Assembly (NCBI GenBank): GCA_963741945.1
Contig: CAVUKA010000005.1
Span: 512,001-576,000 of the forward strand
Length of the DNA: 64,000 bases
Source of the DNA: an uncultured Gemmatimonadales bacterium
GTDB lineage: Bacteria > Gemmatimonadota > Gemmatimonadetes > Longimicrobiales > RSA9
Direction: 5' to 3'
Translations under genes and position numbers: made by a program
Notes under the pieces: generated by a model
What the model was told of the DNA's origin: nothing
The model's database searches: none
What the model saw: only the letters and a program-made list of their open reading frames with translations
In this document: one piece after another, positions 31,544 through 40,229 of the stretch
Layout of the letters: every line of letters begins with the position of its first letter
Numbering within the stretch: the stretch's first letter is position 1

Positions 31544-32326
31544 ATGATGAAGATTCCTGCACCGCGCCGCTTCCTGGCTGCGCTCACGCTCATCGCGGCC
31601 GCCCCGGTGGCCGTGGCCGCGCAGGCGGACCTCCCGCCGGCTTCGCAGCTGATCGACCGGTACGTCGAGGCGGTCGGGGGCCGGGACGCCATCATGTCGC
31701 TGCCGGACAGCCGGACCGTCGGCACGTTCGCCATGCCGTCCATGGGGATCCAGGGCTCGCTGGAAGTGTTCGCCGCCAGGAATCCGACGCGGCTGCTGAG
31801 CGTGGTCGACATCCCCGGCCTCGGCGTGGTCCGCAACGGCTACACGGGTGAGGTCGGCTGGTCCCTGGACCCGAACATGGGTCCGCGTCTGCTCGATGGG
31901 AAGGAACTGGCGTCGATGGTGGAAGGGGCTTCGGATGCCGGCTCGCTCCGGGACGCTTCCATGTTCACCACCCGCGAGACGGTGGAGAAGACGGAAATGA
32001 ACGGACAGCCGTGCTACAAGGTCCGGCTGGTGTGGAAGAGCGGCCGCGAGACGTTCGACTGCTACAGCGTGGACTCCGGCCTGCTGGTGGCGACCACGGC
32101 CAACCAGGAGACGCCCATGGGGAACGTCGAGGTGGTCAGCATGATGGACGGCTACAAGCGCTTCGGCGACGTCATGACCGCCACGAAGATCACGCAGCAG
32201 ATGATGGGGCAGGAGCAGGTCATGACCGTCGACTCGGTGGTCTACGGGCCCATCGACGCATCCAAATTCGTTCCGCCCCAGGAGATCCAGACGCTCATCA
32301 ACCAGCAGAAGAGCGCCGGCCAGTAG
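31544..32326 (+). CDS. Secreted protein, LolA-like/DUF620-like fold
   Basis: Signal peptide; 'LIDRYVEAVGG', 'CYKVRL...YSVDSGLLV', 'IDASKFVPP'. Confidence 0.65.
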   Translation: MMKIPAPRRFLAALTLIAAAPVAVAAQADLPPASQLIDRYVEAVGGRDAIMSLPDSRTVGTFAMPSMGIQGSLEVFAARNPTRLLSVVDIPGLGVVRNGYTGEVGWSLDPNMGPRLLDGKELASMVEGASDAGSLRDASMFTTRETVEKTEMNGQPCYKVRLVWKSGRETFDCYSVDSGLLVATTANQETPMGNVEVVSMMDGYKRFGDVMTATKITQQMMGQEQVMTVDSVVYGPIDASKFVPPQEIQTLINQQKSAGQ

Positions 32327-32990
32327 CCGCGCCCCGCCCCCCGGCGACGGCCACGGCCAGGCCGTCGCCGACGGGGATGATCGTGGCCGTCAGCCGCGGG
32401 TCGGAAGCCAGCCGCTCGTTGAACGCGCGCAGCGCACGCGTGGCTTCCGATTCCGGGCTCTCCTCCAGGACACGCCCGCTCCAGAAGGCATTGTCCGCCA
32501 CGATCAGCCCGCCGGGCCGAACCAGCCCGATCGCCATCTCCAGGTAGGCGCTGTAGCCCTCCTTGTCCGCATCGATGAACACGGCATCGAACGGCGGCTC
32601 GTCCCGGAGCAGGGGGAGCCGCTCCCGTGCATCGCCGACCTGGACCTCCACGATGTCGCCCAGACCGGCCCGTGCCGCGAACGTCCGCGCCAGATCGGCG
32701 CGCGCCGGGTCGATCTCCAGCGAGACCAGCCGGCCGTCCGCCGGCAGTGCGCGGGCCATCCAGATCGCGCTGTAGCCGCCCAGCGCCCCGATCTCCAGCA
32801 CCCGGCGCGCACCGATGGCCACCATCAGGAACTGCAGCATGCGCCCGGCCTCGGCCGAGACGTAGATCTCCGGCAGCCCCCGTCGCGCGATCTCCGCCCG
32901 CACTTCCTCCAGCACGGCATCCTCGCGGGCGAACAGCCCGCTCACGTAGTCGGAGAGGCGGGCCGCCACGTCTTCCGGTGGACCGCTCAT
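32298..32990 (-). CDS. SAM-dependent O-methyltransferase (CCoAOMT-like)
   Basis: 'VLEIGALGGYSAIW', 'FDAVFIDADK', 'RPGGLIVADN', 'PVGDGL'. Confidence 0.93.
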   Translation of the reverse strand: MSGPPEDVAARLSDYVSGLFAREDAVLEEVRAEIARRGLPEIYVSAEAGRMLQFLMVAIGARRVLEIGALGGYSAIWMARALPADGRLVSLEIDPARADLARTFAARAGLGDIVEVQVGDARERLPLLRDEPPFDAVFIDADKEGYSAYLEMAIGLVRPGGLIVADNAFWSGRVLEESPESEATRALRAFNERLASDPRLTATIIPVGDGLAVAVAGGRGAATGRRSSAG

Positions 32991-34198
32991 GCCGCACGCC
33001 CGAGGGCGGTGCGGATCCGCAGGAATGCTTCCTCGATGTCTTCCCGCGAAGCCGCGAACGAGAGCCGGACGTAGCGATCGTCGCCGAACGCGGAGCCCGG
33101 CACCAGCGCCACGCCGGCGTCCTCGAGCATCCGCTTGCAGAATGCGACGGAGTCGGCGCAGCCGTCGTCGTACCACTGGTCGGCGCGGATGAAGAGGTAG
33201 AAGGCGCCGTCCGGCACGAGCGCATCCGCGTCCGGCAGGTGCTTCTCGACCAGCGACGCCACGAGGTCCCGCCTCATCCGGAACTCCGCCGCCATCGCTT
33301 CCAGCTCGCGCGCCTGCTCACGGGAGGCGGTGAACGCGGCTACGGCGGCGTACTGCGACGGCGTCGCCGCGTTCGACGTCATGTGGCTCTGCAGCGCCGC
33401 GATCTTGCTCGCCATGACGGCCGGCGTGTAGGAGTATCCGATCCGCCAGCCGGTCATGGCGAACGCTTTCGACGCCCCGTTCACCACCACCACCTGCGCA
33501 CGCAGCTCCGGCGGAAGGTCCAGCAGGCCGGGCGCTCGCGGGGCCACGTAGCAGAGGCGGGAATAGATCTCGTCGCTGATCAGCCACACGTTCCTGGAGC
33601 GCGCCCATTCGGCGATGCCGATCAGCTCGTCCCGCGAATAGACCGCACCCGACGGGTTGGAGGGCGAGTTCAGGAGCAGCGCCCGAACGGCCGGGGTCCA
33701 TGCCGTTTCCAGCGTGTCCGGGCTCACTTTGTAGGCGCGTTCGCGCGGACCGGTGACCCACACGGGCTCGGCACGGGCGAGGCGCACCAGCTCGGGATAG
33801 CTGGTCCAGTACGGGACCGGCACCATGACGGCGTCGCCCGGCCCCGTGAGCACGAAGATCGCATTGAACAGCGCCTGCTTCGCCCCCGCCGAGACCACCA
33901 CACCCGCCGCCGTGGTGTCCGCGCCGTAGTCGCGGTTCAGCGCTTCGGCGATCGCCTCCCGCAGCGCCGGCAGCCCGGGCGCCGGCGTGTACCGCGTACG
34001 GCCGGCTTCGATCGCCGCGATGCCCGCTGCCGAGATGAACGAAGGCGTGGGGAAGTCCGGCTCCCCCGCGCTCAGGTTGAGGATGTCGCGCCCTTTCGCC
34101 TGGAGTTCCTTGGCGAGAGAGGAAACGGAGATCGTGGCAGACGGCTGCAACAGCCGTACGTTCTCGCTGAATTGTAGCGCTGTTTCCGTGGAGCTCAT
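32987..34198 (-). CDS. PLP-dependent aspartate aminotransferase (class I/II)
   Basis: 'GEPDFPTP', 'NSPSNPSG', 'SDEIY', 'SKAFAMTGWRIG', 'VRLSFA'. Confidence 0.93.
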   Translation of the reverse strand: MSSTETALQFSENVRLLQPSATISVSSLAKELQAKGRDILNLSAGEPDFPTPSFISAAGIAAIEAGRTRYTPAPGLPALREAIAEALNRDYGADTTAAGVVVSAGAKQALFNAIFVLTGPGDAVMVPVPYWTSYPELVRLARAEPVWVTGPRERAYKVSPDTLETAWTPAVRALLLNSPSNPSGAVYSRDELIGIAEWARSRNVWLISDEIYSRLCYVAPRAPGLLDLPPELRAQVVVVNGASKAFAMTGWRIGYSYTPAVMASKIAALQSHMTSNAATPSQYAAVAAFTASREQARELEAMAAEFRMRRDLVASLVEKHLPDADALVPDGAFYLFIRADQWYDDGCADSVAFCKRMLEDAGVALVPGSAFGDDRYVRLSFAASREDIEEAFLRIRTALGRAA

Positions 34199-34297
34199 GA
34201 CCTTGACCGGTGCGAGTTCGCGTCGAGCAAGATGCCCCGCTGTGCGGCCCGCGGGCAAGGTGGCGCCCACCGCCGCGGCACCCGCTACATTGGCCGG

Positions 34298-34873
34298 ATG
34301 GAAGGCCTCGTGCTCTACCACGACTTCGTCAGCCCCTTCTGCCGGCTGGCGTTCGCTGCCGCCGTCGACGCCGCCGCCGCCGCGGGGGTGTCACTGCGCC
34401 TGCACCCGTTCGAGCTTCGCCCCCCCACCGCGCCGCTCACGCCCGACGATGCCGATGCCGTGGCGGCGGAGCTGGAGGCGGCTCGCCCGCTGGCCGCGGA
34501 GTGGGGCGTCGCCCTCTCGGCCCCTCCCGGCGTCCCCAGGACCGCGAAAGCCCACGAGGCGGTGGCGTTCGCGGCGGGGCACGGCCGTGGTGTCGAGATG
34601 GCCGCTCGGATCTACGAAGCCTGCTGGACCCGCGGCTCCGACATCGGCCGGATCGATGTCCTGGCCGGGCTCGGCGAGGGCGCCGGTGTGGACCCCCAGG
34701 CGCTCCACGTGGCCCTCGGCCTCGATGCCTGCGCCGCCGAAGTCCAGACGGCGCAACGGGAGGCGGAGCGAGCCGGCGTGACCGCAGTGCCGCTGCTTCG
34801 GCACGGCGAGCGCTGGCTCCCGGGCGTGCTTCCCGCCGCCGAGATCCTCGCCTGGCTCCGGGATGCGTCGTGA
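34298..34873 (+). CDS. DsbA-like (FrnE/DSBA thioredoxin-fold) protein
   Basis: 'YHDFVSPFC', 'HPFELRP', 'GVTAVP'. Confidence 0.75.
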   Translation: MEGLVLYHDFVSPFCRLAFAAAVDAAAAAGVSLRLHPFELRPPTAPLTPDDADAVAAELEAARPLAAEWGVALSAPPGVPRTAKAHEAVAFAAGHGRGVEMAARIYEACWTRGSDIGRIDVLAGLGEGAGVDPQALHVALGLDACAAEVQTAQREAERAGVTAVPLLRHGERWLPGVLPAAEILAWLRDAS

Positions 34874-34952
34874 CCCCTTGCGACACGGGACCTCAGACGT
34901 TCTCCTTCAGCGGCCTTCGCCCGGAGAAACGGAACAGGAGCACGGAATCATC

Positions 34953-35237
34953 ATGGCCGCGTATCAGAGATTGACTGCCATGAGCGGGAAGCGCGCCGTC
35001 GCGGTGGCGGCGGAGTACCTCAGGGAGCGGATCCCGCTCGAGGTGGTCTCGTCCAGTGACCACTCGGTCACCCTGGAGGGTGGCGATGGAACGGTCACCG
35101 TTTCGGCGCACCCGCACGGGATGGAAACGGCTGTGACCGCTTCCACCGACCAGCTGCGGACCTCCCGGATCGACCTGGAAGCGCAGAACTACATGAATCA
35201 GCTGCCCTACCAGCCGGAAGACCGGCAGCGGCGGTAG
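34953..35237 (+). CDS. Small hypothetical protein
   Basis: AGGAG upstream of the ATG; 94 aa; coding-like composition. Confidence 0.6.
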   Translation: MAAYQRLTAMSGKRAVAVAAEYLRERIPLEVVSSSDHSVTLEGGDGTVTVSAHPHGMETAVTASTDQLRTSRIDLEAQNYMNQLPYQPEDRQRR

Positions 35238-35259
35238 AGCCCCGGTTCAGGGCCCCGGT

Positions 35260-36003
35260 TCAGCGGCTGGTCGGGATACGGAGGTCCTGGCCGGCGTAGA
35301 TCCGGTTCCCGGGCAGGTCGTTCACGGCCTTCAGCTCCTCGACGCCGATCCCGTAGTTGCGGGCGATGCTCCAGAGGCTGTCGCCCCGGCGCACACGGTA
35401 GCGCGTGTCGTCGCCCGGTGCCGACGGCGGCGGCGAATCCGACAGCGCGGCCACGTAGCGCGTGTACGACTTCGGGAACACGGCAATGTGGTAGTGTGGC
35501 GGCCAGCGCTCGCGCGTCGCCTCGATGACCCGCGCCTTCTCCAGCGACAGCAGCGTGCGCTCGATCCACTTCCGGCAGCTCAACCGGTTGGTCCGGCGCA
35601 CATCCAGCGCCATCCCCGTGGGGTGCACCGATCGCCTCGATGCGTTGTCCGGCTGGTCGTTCCGCGGCCGCGTCAGGCTCGTCACCACCAGCGGCTCCCC
35701 GCAGGCGGCCCTGTACTGCGCCGCCAGGCGCTCGATGAACACCTTCGTCTGGGGCCTCGCGTACGGATACGAGACGTTCGCCAGGGAGTAGTCCCCGTTC
35801 CCCTCCAGCTTCACGAGATACCCCTTCTCCACGAAGTCCAGGATCTGGCGTCCGCTGCGGAGGAAGGTGAAGTCGTTGGCCTGCGCTGTCCGGTACATCC
35901 GCGACACCGAGGCCGGTGACCCGCGCAAGCTCTGCGCGGCCAGGGGGGCGGCCGGGAGAACGCAAAACATCACTATGCCGAGCTGTCGGAGCATGGTCTG
36001 CAT
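35260..36003 (-). CDS. DUF5715 (M15-like) + LysM domain secreted protein
   Basis: Signal peptide; 'VTSLTRP...NAS..SVHPTGMALD', 'PPHYHI'; C-terminal LysM 'YRVRRGDSLWSIARNYG...IYAGQDLRIP'. Confidence 0.85.
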   Translation of the reverse strand: MQTMLRQLGIVMFCVLPAAPLAAQSLRGSPASVSRMYRTAQANDFTFLRSGRQILDFVEKGYLVKLEGNGDYSLANVSYPYARPQTKVFIERLAAQYRAACGEPLVVTSLTRPRNDQPDNASRRSVHPTGMALDVRRTNRLSCRKWIERTLLSLEKARVIEATRERWPPHYHIAVFPKSYTRYVAALSDSPPPSAPGDDTRYRVRRGDSLWSIARNYGIGVEELKAVNDLPGNRIYAGQDLRIPTSR

Positions 36004-36081
36004 CGACCGCTTGTGTTCCGTACTACGGTGGGCACCTTCCCTGCCGCCGAGGCAGGGCCAAGCTCATGTGAGACGCCGACT

Positions 36082-36111
36082 AAGCTGGTCCGGCTTCACA
36101 CCGGCTGTCAA
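36082..36111 (-). promoter_or_regulatory. Candidate sigma70 promoter for the LysM gene
   Basis: Minus strand TTGACA-N18-CAGCTT. Confidence 0.35.
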
Positions 36112-36584
36112 GGCCTCCGTTCGCGACTACCCGCCGCGCCCGGGTCGCGCCCGCCGCCCAGCTCCACCTCGTCACCCCGGACCAGCGCCGGGTCGAAGCG
36201 AAGGCGAGGAATGGGAATCAGGACCGGCCACGCCTCCTCCGGCGCCTCGTGGTTCTCCGCCACCAGGTGCCGGCAAACCGCCGCGTGCTCCAGGAGACCG
36301 TCCACATCGAACCCGAGGTAGCGGGGGCGCCGCGACTCGAGCAGCGGCATGGCCTTGCCCAGCTGCGCCGAGATCCCGTGGCGGTTTCCCCGCGCCACGT
36401 GCACGAACGCGCTCGCGAACAGGATCAGCGCGTGGTAAAACTCGCTCCCCGTCCGCCGCCACGCCTCCTCCAGCGCCTCGTGGCTCTCCCAGAACGCGCC
36501 CCGGTTGAACCGCCGCAGGAACTCCCCCAGTGCCGCGTCGATCTGCTCCGGTGATTCGGGGCCGGCCGCCTCTGTCTCCGTCAT
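36108..36584 (-). CDS. DUF309 domain protein
   Basis: 'FNRGAFWESHEALEEAW...FYHALI..A...H..RGN..G'. Confidence 0.85.
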   Translation of the reverse strand: MTETEAAGPESPEQIDAALGEFLRRFNRGAFWESHEALEEAWRRTGSEFYHALILFASAFVHVARGNRHGISAQLGKAMPLLESRRPRYLGFDVDGLLEHAAVCRHLVAENHEAPEEAWPVLIPIPRLRFDPALVRGDEVELGGGRDPGAAGSRERRP

Positions 36585-36636
36585 GTCCAAGTCAATAAGG
36601 GCGACGGCCCGGCCGAGCAAGGGGATCGCCCACCGG

Positions 36637-37359
36637 TCAACCGAGCGCCCGCCCGGCTTTCCGGAGCAGGCGCCGCAACTCGTCACGCTCCGGAACCGTG
36701 AGGCCGGACACCATCTGGTCGTCCGCCGCCCGCCACGCCCGCGACGCACGCTCCATGGCCGCTCGCCCGGCCGCAGTGGCGGTGAGCCGACTGGTGCGAC
36801 CGTCGCTTCCCGACAATTCACGGGCCATCAGCCCCCGGGCCTCACACCGTCGCACCAGCCCGGAAACGGACGCGGATGCCAACCCGAGCCGTCGCCGCAA
36901 GCGACCGGGAGACGTTCCGCCCGGCCGCGCGGCATCCACCAGTGCCAGGTCGCGCCGGACTGCGTCACCCCGCTCGAGACGGCCCCGTCGCCCATGCCCG
37001 AGGCGCGCTTCCAGCCGCGATGCCGCCCTGAGCAGAAGCAGCGGTGTGCTCTCCCACGGGTCCCACTGCCGCGGCTCCACCGCCTCCACTCCGGAATCGC
37101 GGCGATCCTCGGCCCCGCTGCGCTGCCGCCTGGCGCACCCGATGTCCACGCCCCTCCGCGCCACGTCCACCAGGATCTCCCGCGCAACCGCAGCCACTTC
37201 ACGCCGGAACTCCGCCGCCGGCCCCGATTCCTCCGGCGACGCCCCCACCCACGGTCCGAGGTCGATATCCGCCTCCGTCACGCCACCGTCCTGCCCCCCC
37301 GGCTGGACGGGTTCGGGAGGGGTCGGCGTCTCGCCCGGCGACCCCGGCTGCCTCGTCAT
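36637..37359 (-). CDS. MarR family transcriptional regulator with N-terminal extension
   Basis: wHTH 'LGLASASVSGLVRRCEARGLMARE...DGRTSRLTATAAGRAA...GLTVPERDELRRLL'; start uncertain. Confidence 0.7.
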   Translation of the reverse strand: MTRQPGSPGETPTPPEPVQPGGQDGGVTEADIDLGPWVGASPEESGPAAEFRREVAAVAREILVDVARRGVDIGCARRQRSGAEDRRDSGVEAVEPRQWDPWESTPLLLLRAASRLEARLGHGRRGRLERGDAVRRDLALVDAARPGGTSPGRLRRRLGLASASVSGLVRRCEARGLMARELSGSDGRTSRLTATAAGRAAMERASRAWRAADDQMVSGLTVPERDELRRLLRKAGRALG

Positions 37360-37365
37360 CGAAAC

Positions 37366-37473
37366 TCTCTCCACCTGGAGAGATCCCCGGGCTGGTCGAA
37401 AATCCGCAACTCACTGTCTCCCTTGATGATGGGGCCCGGATGCGCGCGGTCGAGATCGCTCCACCTGGAGAGA
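37366..37473. promoter_or_regulatory. Two copies of an 18-bp palindrome (candidate operator) upstream of the MarR gene
   Basis: TCTCTCCA-CC-TGGAGAGA at 37366-37383 and TCGCTCCA-CC-TGGAGAGA at 37456-37473. Confidence 0.5.
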
Positions 37474-37506
37474 ATTCCTGCGCGAGGGCCATCCACGCGC
37501 CGCCAG

Positions 37507-37555
37507 CGCATGGCGCGACCCCGGCCGCCGCCCGCATGGCGCGACCCCGGCCGCC
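37507..37555. repeat. 23-bp direct repeat (2 copies, 26-bp period)
   Basis: CGCATGGCGCGACCCCGGCCGCC at 37507-37529 and 37533-37555. Confidence 0.8.
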
Positions 37556-37624
37556 CCCTGAGTAGCGCAGCGGCCGGGGCGCCGCCATAGGCGCACGGGA
37601 CGACTTGCGTCGGGCGGCGCGGGA

Positions 37625-39499
37625 TCAGAACCCGCCGCCCCCGCCGCCACCGCCGCCGCCGCCCACGCTGCCCCCGCCGCCGGAGCCCGAGGAGCCGGGG
37701 GAGGAGGAGAGGGTGGAGCTGGCCGCGGACGAGAGCTTGCCGAGGTCGCTGGCGAACGCGGACGGGTGGAAGGCGATGAAGCCGGTCCGGGTGCCGCGGT
37801 ACCAGTTGGGAGGCTCCGTGATGAGATCGTCGAACGCGGCGGCCCAGCGGTCTTCACACTGGAAGGCCATGGCATAGGGGAGGAAGCGCTCGAACTGGTC
37901 GGGGGACGTGACCATCCGGCGGTAGCGTGGCGCCTCGACCCGCTCGAGGAACCGCTTGAAGCCGAGGGACGCCTCGCGGGCGCGGGCGCCGGATTCGGTC
38001 CGTCTGGGCATGAGCCAGCCGAAGATGCCGATGATGAGCGCGCTGGCGAGCGCGGCCGCCACGAGGAACGGCCCGCTGGCGTAGGCGGAGAGCGCGAAGC
38101 CCCCGGCGCTTGTGGCGGCGACCACGGCGGCGAGCCCCAGGTAGCGCCCGCGGACCTTGTCGGGTCGTCGCTCGTAGTACCCGCGGGCCACGAGCTGGTG
38201 GTAGATGGCGTCCTTGATGGGCGGGATCTTCTTGTAGAACTGGTTCTGGAGGTCGGAGAGCCGCACGGTGTCCAGTGCTTCCGGGGGTGCGTCGGCGGAA
38301 GCGTCCTGCACGCCGAGGTTGGCCAGCAGGCTTCGCAGGCCCACCGTCTTCGACGTGACGCCGGCCAGGACCTCGGCTGGCGTGGTGGTCTCGAAGAGCG
38401 CATCGAGGAAGCGGACCTCGTGAACGGCGAGCCCGTCCCATTCGGTGCGGGGGCGGACCAGGTGGAAGTGGTAGTCGCGGCCGAACTGGAGGAATCCCGT
38501 CTTCTCGTGCTCCTCGATGACGATGTACCCGCGCACGGCCAGGTCCACGAGGGTGGAAACGATGTCGCGCATCCCTGCATCGTTGTCGATGAGCGTGCCG
38601 GCCTCGGCGGGAGAAAGCCCTTCCACGGGCTCCCACTGCACGGTGATGGCGCGCTCCTCCGGGTCGCGGCCGCGCTCGTTCCAGGCGCCGGCCATCCACC
38701 AGAGCACCAGGAGCGGGATCAGCAGCGGCCAGAGAGCCATGGGATGGAAGCTCCAGCCGCCGTCCAGCGGCGGCAGCGCTTCCGCCGCGGCGCGGTCCAC
38801 CACCCCGGCGGGCCAGCCGACGGCCAGCGTCAGCCCCTCACCGGGGCGGAGCGGCCCCACCGGTGCCACGTCCACCGTGCCGGGCCCGGTGGCGCGGATG
38901 TCCGCGCGCCGCTGCGAGCCGGCGGTCCCCACGTACGCGGCCATCTGGCGCGGCTCGGTCTCACCCGGGAACACCACGCGGGCGCTGGCACGCTGGATCG
39001 GCACCTCCCACTCGGTACCGGTCACCTGCCAGTTGAGCTCGTCCATCGGCTGCCAGTCCTGTCCCTGCTCCGGGCGGAAGAAGCCGAGGGCGTTGCGGAC
39101 GCGGTAGGTCAGAATCACGGTGGCGGCGCGATCCCGGGCGTCGGGGACCCAGACCTTGAACTGGCGCTGGGTGCGCGAGATCCGCTCCGTCTGCGTGCGC
39201 AGCGCGTGCCCGGCGCCATCGGTGGCGGAGAGCAGACGCACGCCGAGCAGGTAATCGGCGTGGTAGTCCTTCGGCGGCTCCAGCGAGATCCTGCGCAGGA
39301 TCCCGTTCCACTCGCCCGTGAAGCGCGGGCGCAGGGTCTCCGTGATCGTGAGGTCGCCATTGCGGCCCACCACGATGTCGGCGTGCAGCTGCTCGAAGAC
39401 CAGGGACCGCTGCGCGGCCGCGACCGTGGGCAGCGCCACCACCAGGGCGAGCAGGAGCGCGGCGGCCGCTCCCCGCGCGAGCCAGCGCGGCCCCCTCAT
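37625..39499 (-). CDS. DUF2207 membrane protein
   Basis: Signal peptide; 'ELNWQVTGTEW', 'GEGLT..VGWP', 'FERFLPYAMAF', terminal GGGGGGGF. Confidence 0.9.
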   Translation of the reverse strand: MRGPRWLARGAAAALLLALVVALPTVAAAQRSLVFEQLHADIVVGRNGDLTITETLRPRFTGEWNGILRRISLEPPKDYHADYLLGVRLLSATDGAGHALRTQTERISRTQRQFKVWVPDARDRAATVILTYRVRNALGFFRPEQGQDWQPMDELNWQVTGTEWEVPIQRASARVVFPGETEPRQMAAYVGTAGSQRRADIRATGPGTVDVAPVGPLRPGEGLTLAVGWPAGVVDRAAAEALPPLDGGWSFHPMALWPLLIPLLVLWWMAGAWNERGRDPEERAITVQWEPVEGLSPAEAGTLIDNDAGMRDIVSTLVDLAVRGYIVIEEHEKTGFLQFGRDYHFHLVRPRTEWDGLAVHEVRFLDALFETTTPAEVLAGVTSKTVGLRSLLANLGVQDASADAPPEALDTVRLSDLQNQFYKKIPPIKDAIYHQLVARGYYERRPDKVRGRYLGLAAVVAATSAGGFALSAYASGPFLVAAALASALIIGIFGWLMPRRTESGARAREASLGFKRFLERVEAPRYRRMVTSPDQFERFLPYAMAFQCEDRWAAAFDDLITEPPNWYRGTRTGFIAFHPSAFASDLGKLSSAASSTLSSSPGSSGSGGGGSVGGGGGGGGGGGF

Positions 39500-40083
39500 C
39501 AGAACTTCACCTCCGGAACCTCCCGCTCCTCGGGCGTCTCGATCTCGAAGAACTCACGGGATGTCACGCCGGCCAGGCCGGCCACGATGTTGGACGGGAA
39601 CTGGGCCACGCGCGTGTTCAGCTCCCGCACCGTGGCGTTGTAGTACCGCCTCGCCTGCTGCAGGTCCTCCTCGACGGTGTTCAGCGAGCGCTGCAGCTCC
39701 TGGAACGGCTCCGCCGCCCGCAGCTGCGGGTAGCTCTCGCTCAGCGCGAACAGCCGCCCCAGCGCCCCCGTCAACATGTTCTCCGCGCCGGCCCGCTCGG
39801 CCGGCGGCGCACCGCGCGCGTCCACCGCCCGGGTTCGCGCGGCGGTCACGGACTCCAGCGTTTCACGCTCGTGTCCCGCGTATCCCTTCACCGTCTCCAC
39901 CAGGTTCGGGATCAGGTCGTGCCGCCGCTTGAGCTGCACGTCGATGTCGGACCACGCGGTGTCCGTCTCGACGCGCAGCGCCATGAGGCGGTTGTAGATC
40001 AGGACGCCGATCGCCAGCGGGATCAGGATGAGCAGCAGGAATACGCCGGCGAAGATGAGCAGGGAGGTGACGACGGTGCCCAT
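39499..40083 (-). CDS. lemA: LemA family protein
   Basis: 'YNRL...WSDIDVQLKRRHDLIPNLVETVKGY..HE', 'ESYPQLRA', 'ARRYYN...FPSNIVA'. Confidence 0.95.
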   Translation of the reverse strand: MGTVVTSLLIFAGVFLLLILIPLAIGVLIYNRLMALRVETDTAWSDIDVQLKRRHDLIPNLVETVKGYAGHERETLESVTAARTRAVDARGAPPAERAGAENMLTGALGRLFALSESYPQLRAAEPFQELQRSLNTVEEDLQQARRYYNATVRELNTRVAQFPSNIVAGLAGVTSREFFEIETPEEREVPEVKF

Positions 40084-40229
40084 GAACGCTCCTTCGGTTG
40101 GGGGACGCCTCAAGCTAGGCGGGTACGGACACGAGGCCAAGATCCTTCGAACGCGAGGGTGCGAGTTTGCCGGGCTCCGCTCCTTCTCCGTATCATCCGC
40201 TTCCACCTCCCACAACGGAGCATACCGCC

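Noticed and set aside
32298-32326. 29-bp convergent overlap between the O-methyltransferase and the secreted protein
   Set aside because: Explained by a short non-conserved C-terminal extension in GC-rich DNA.
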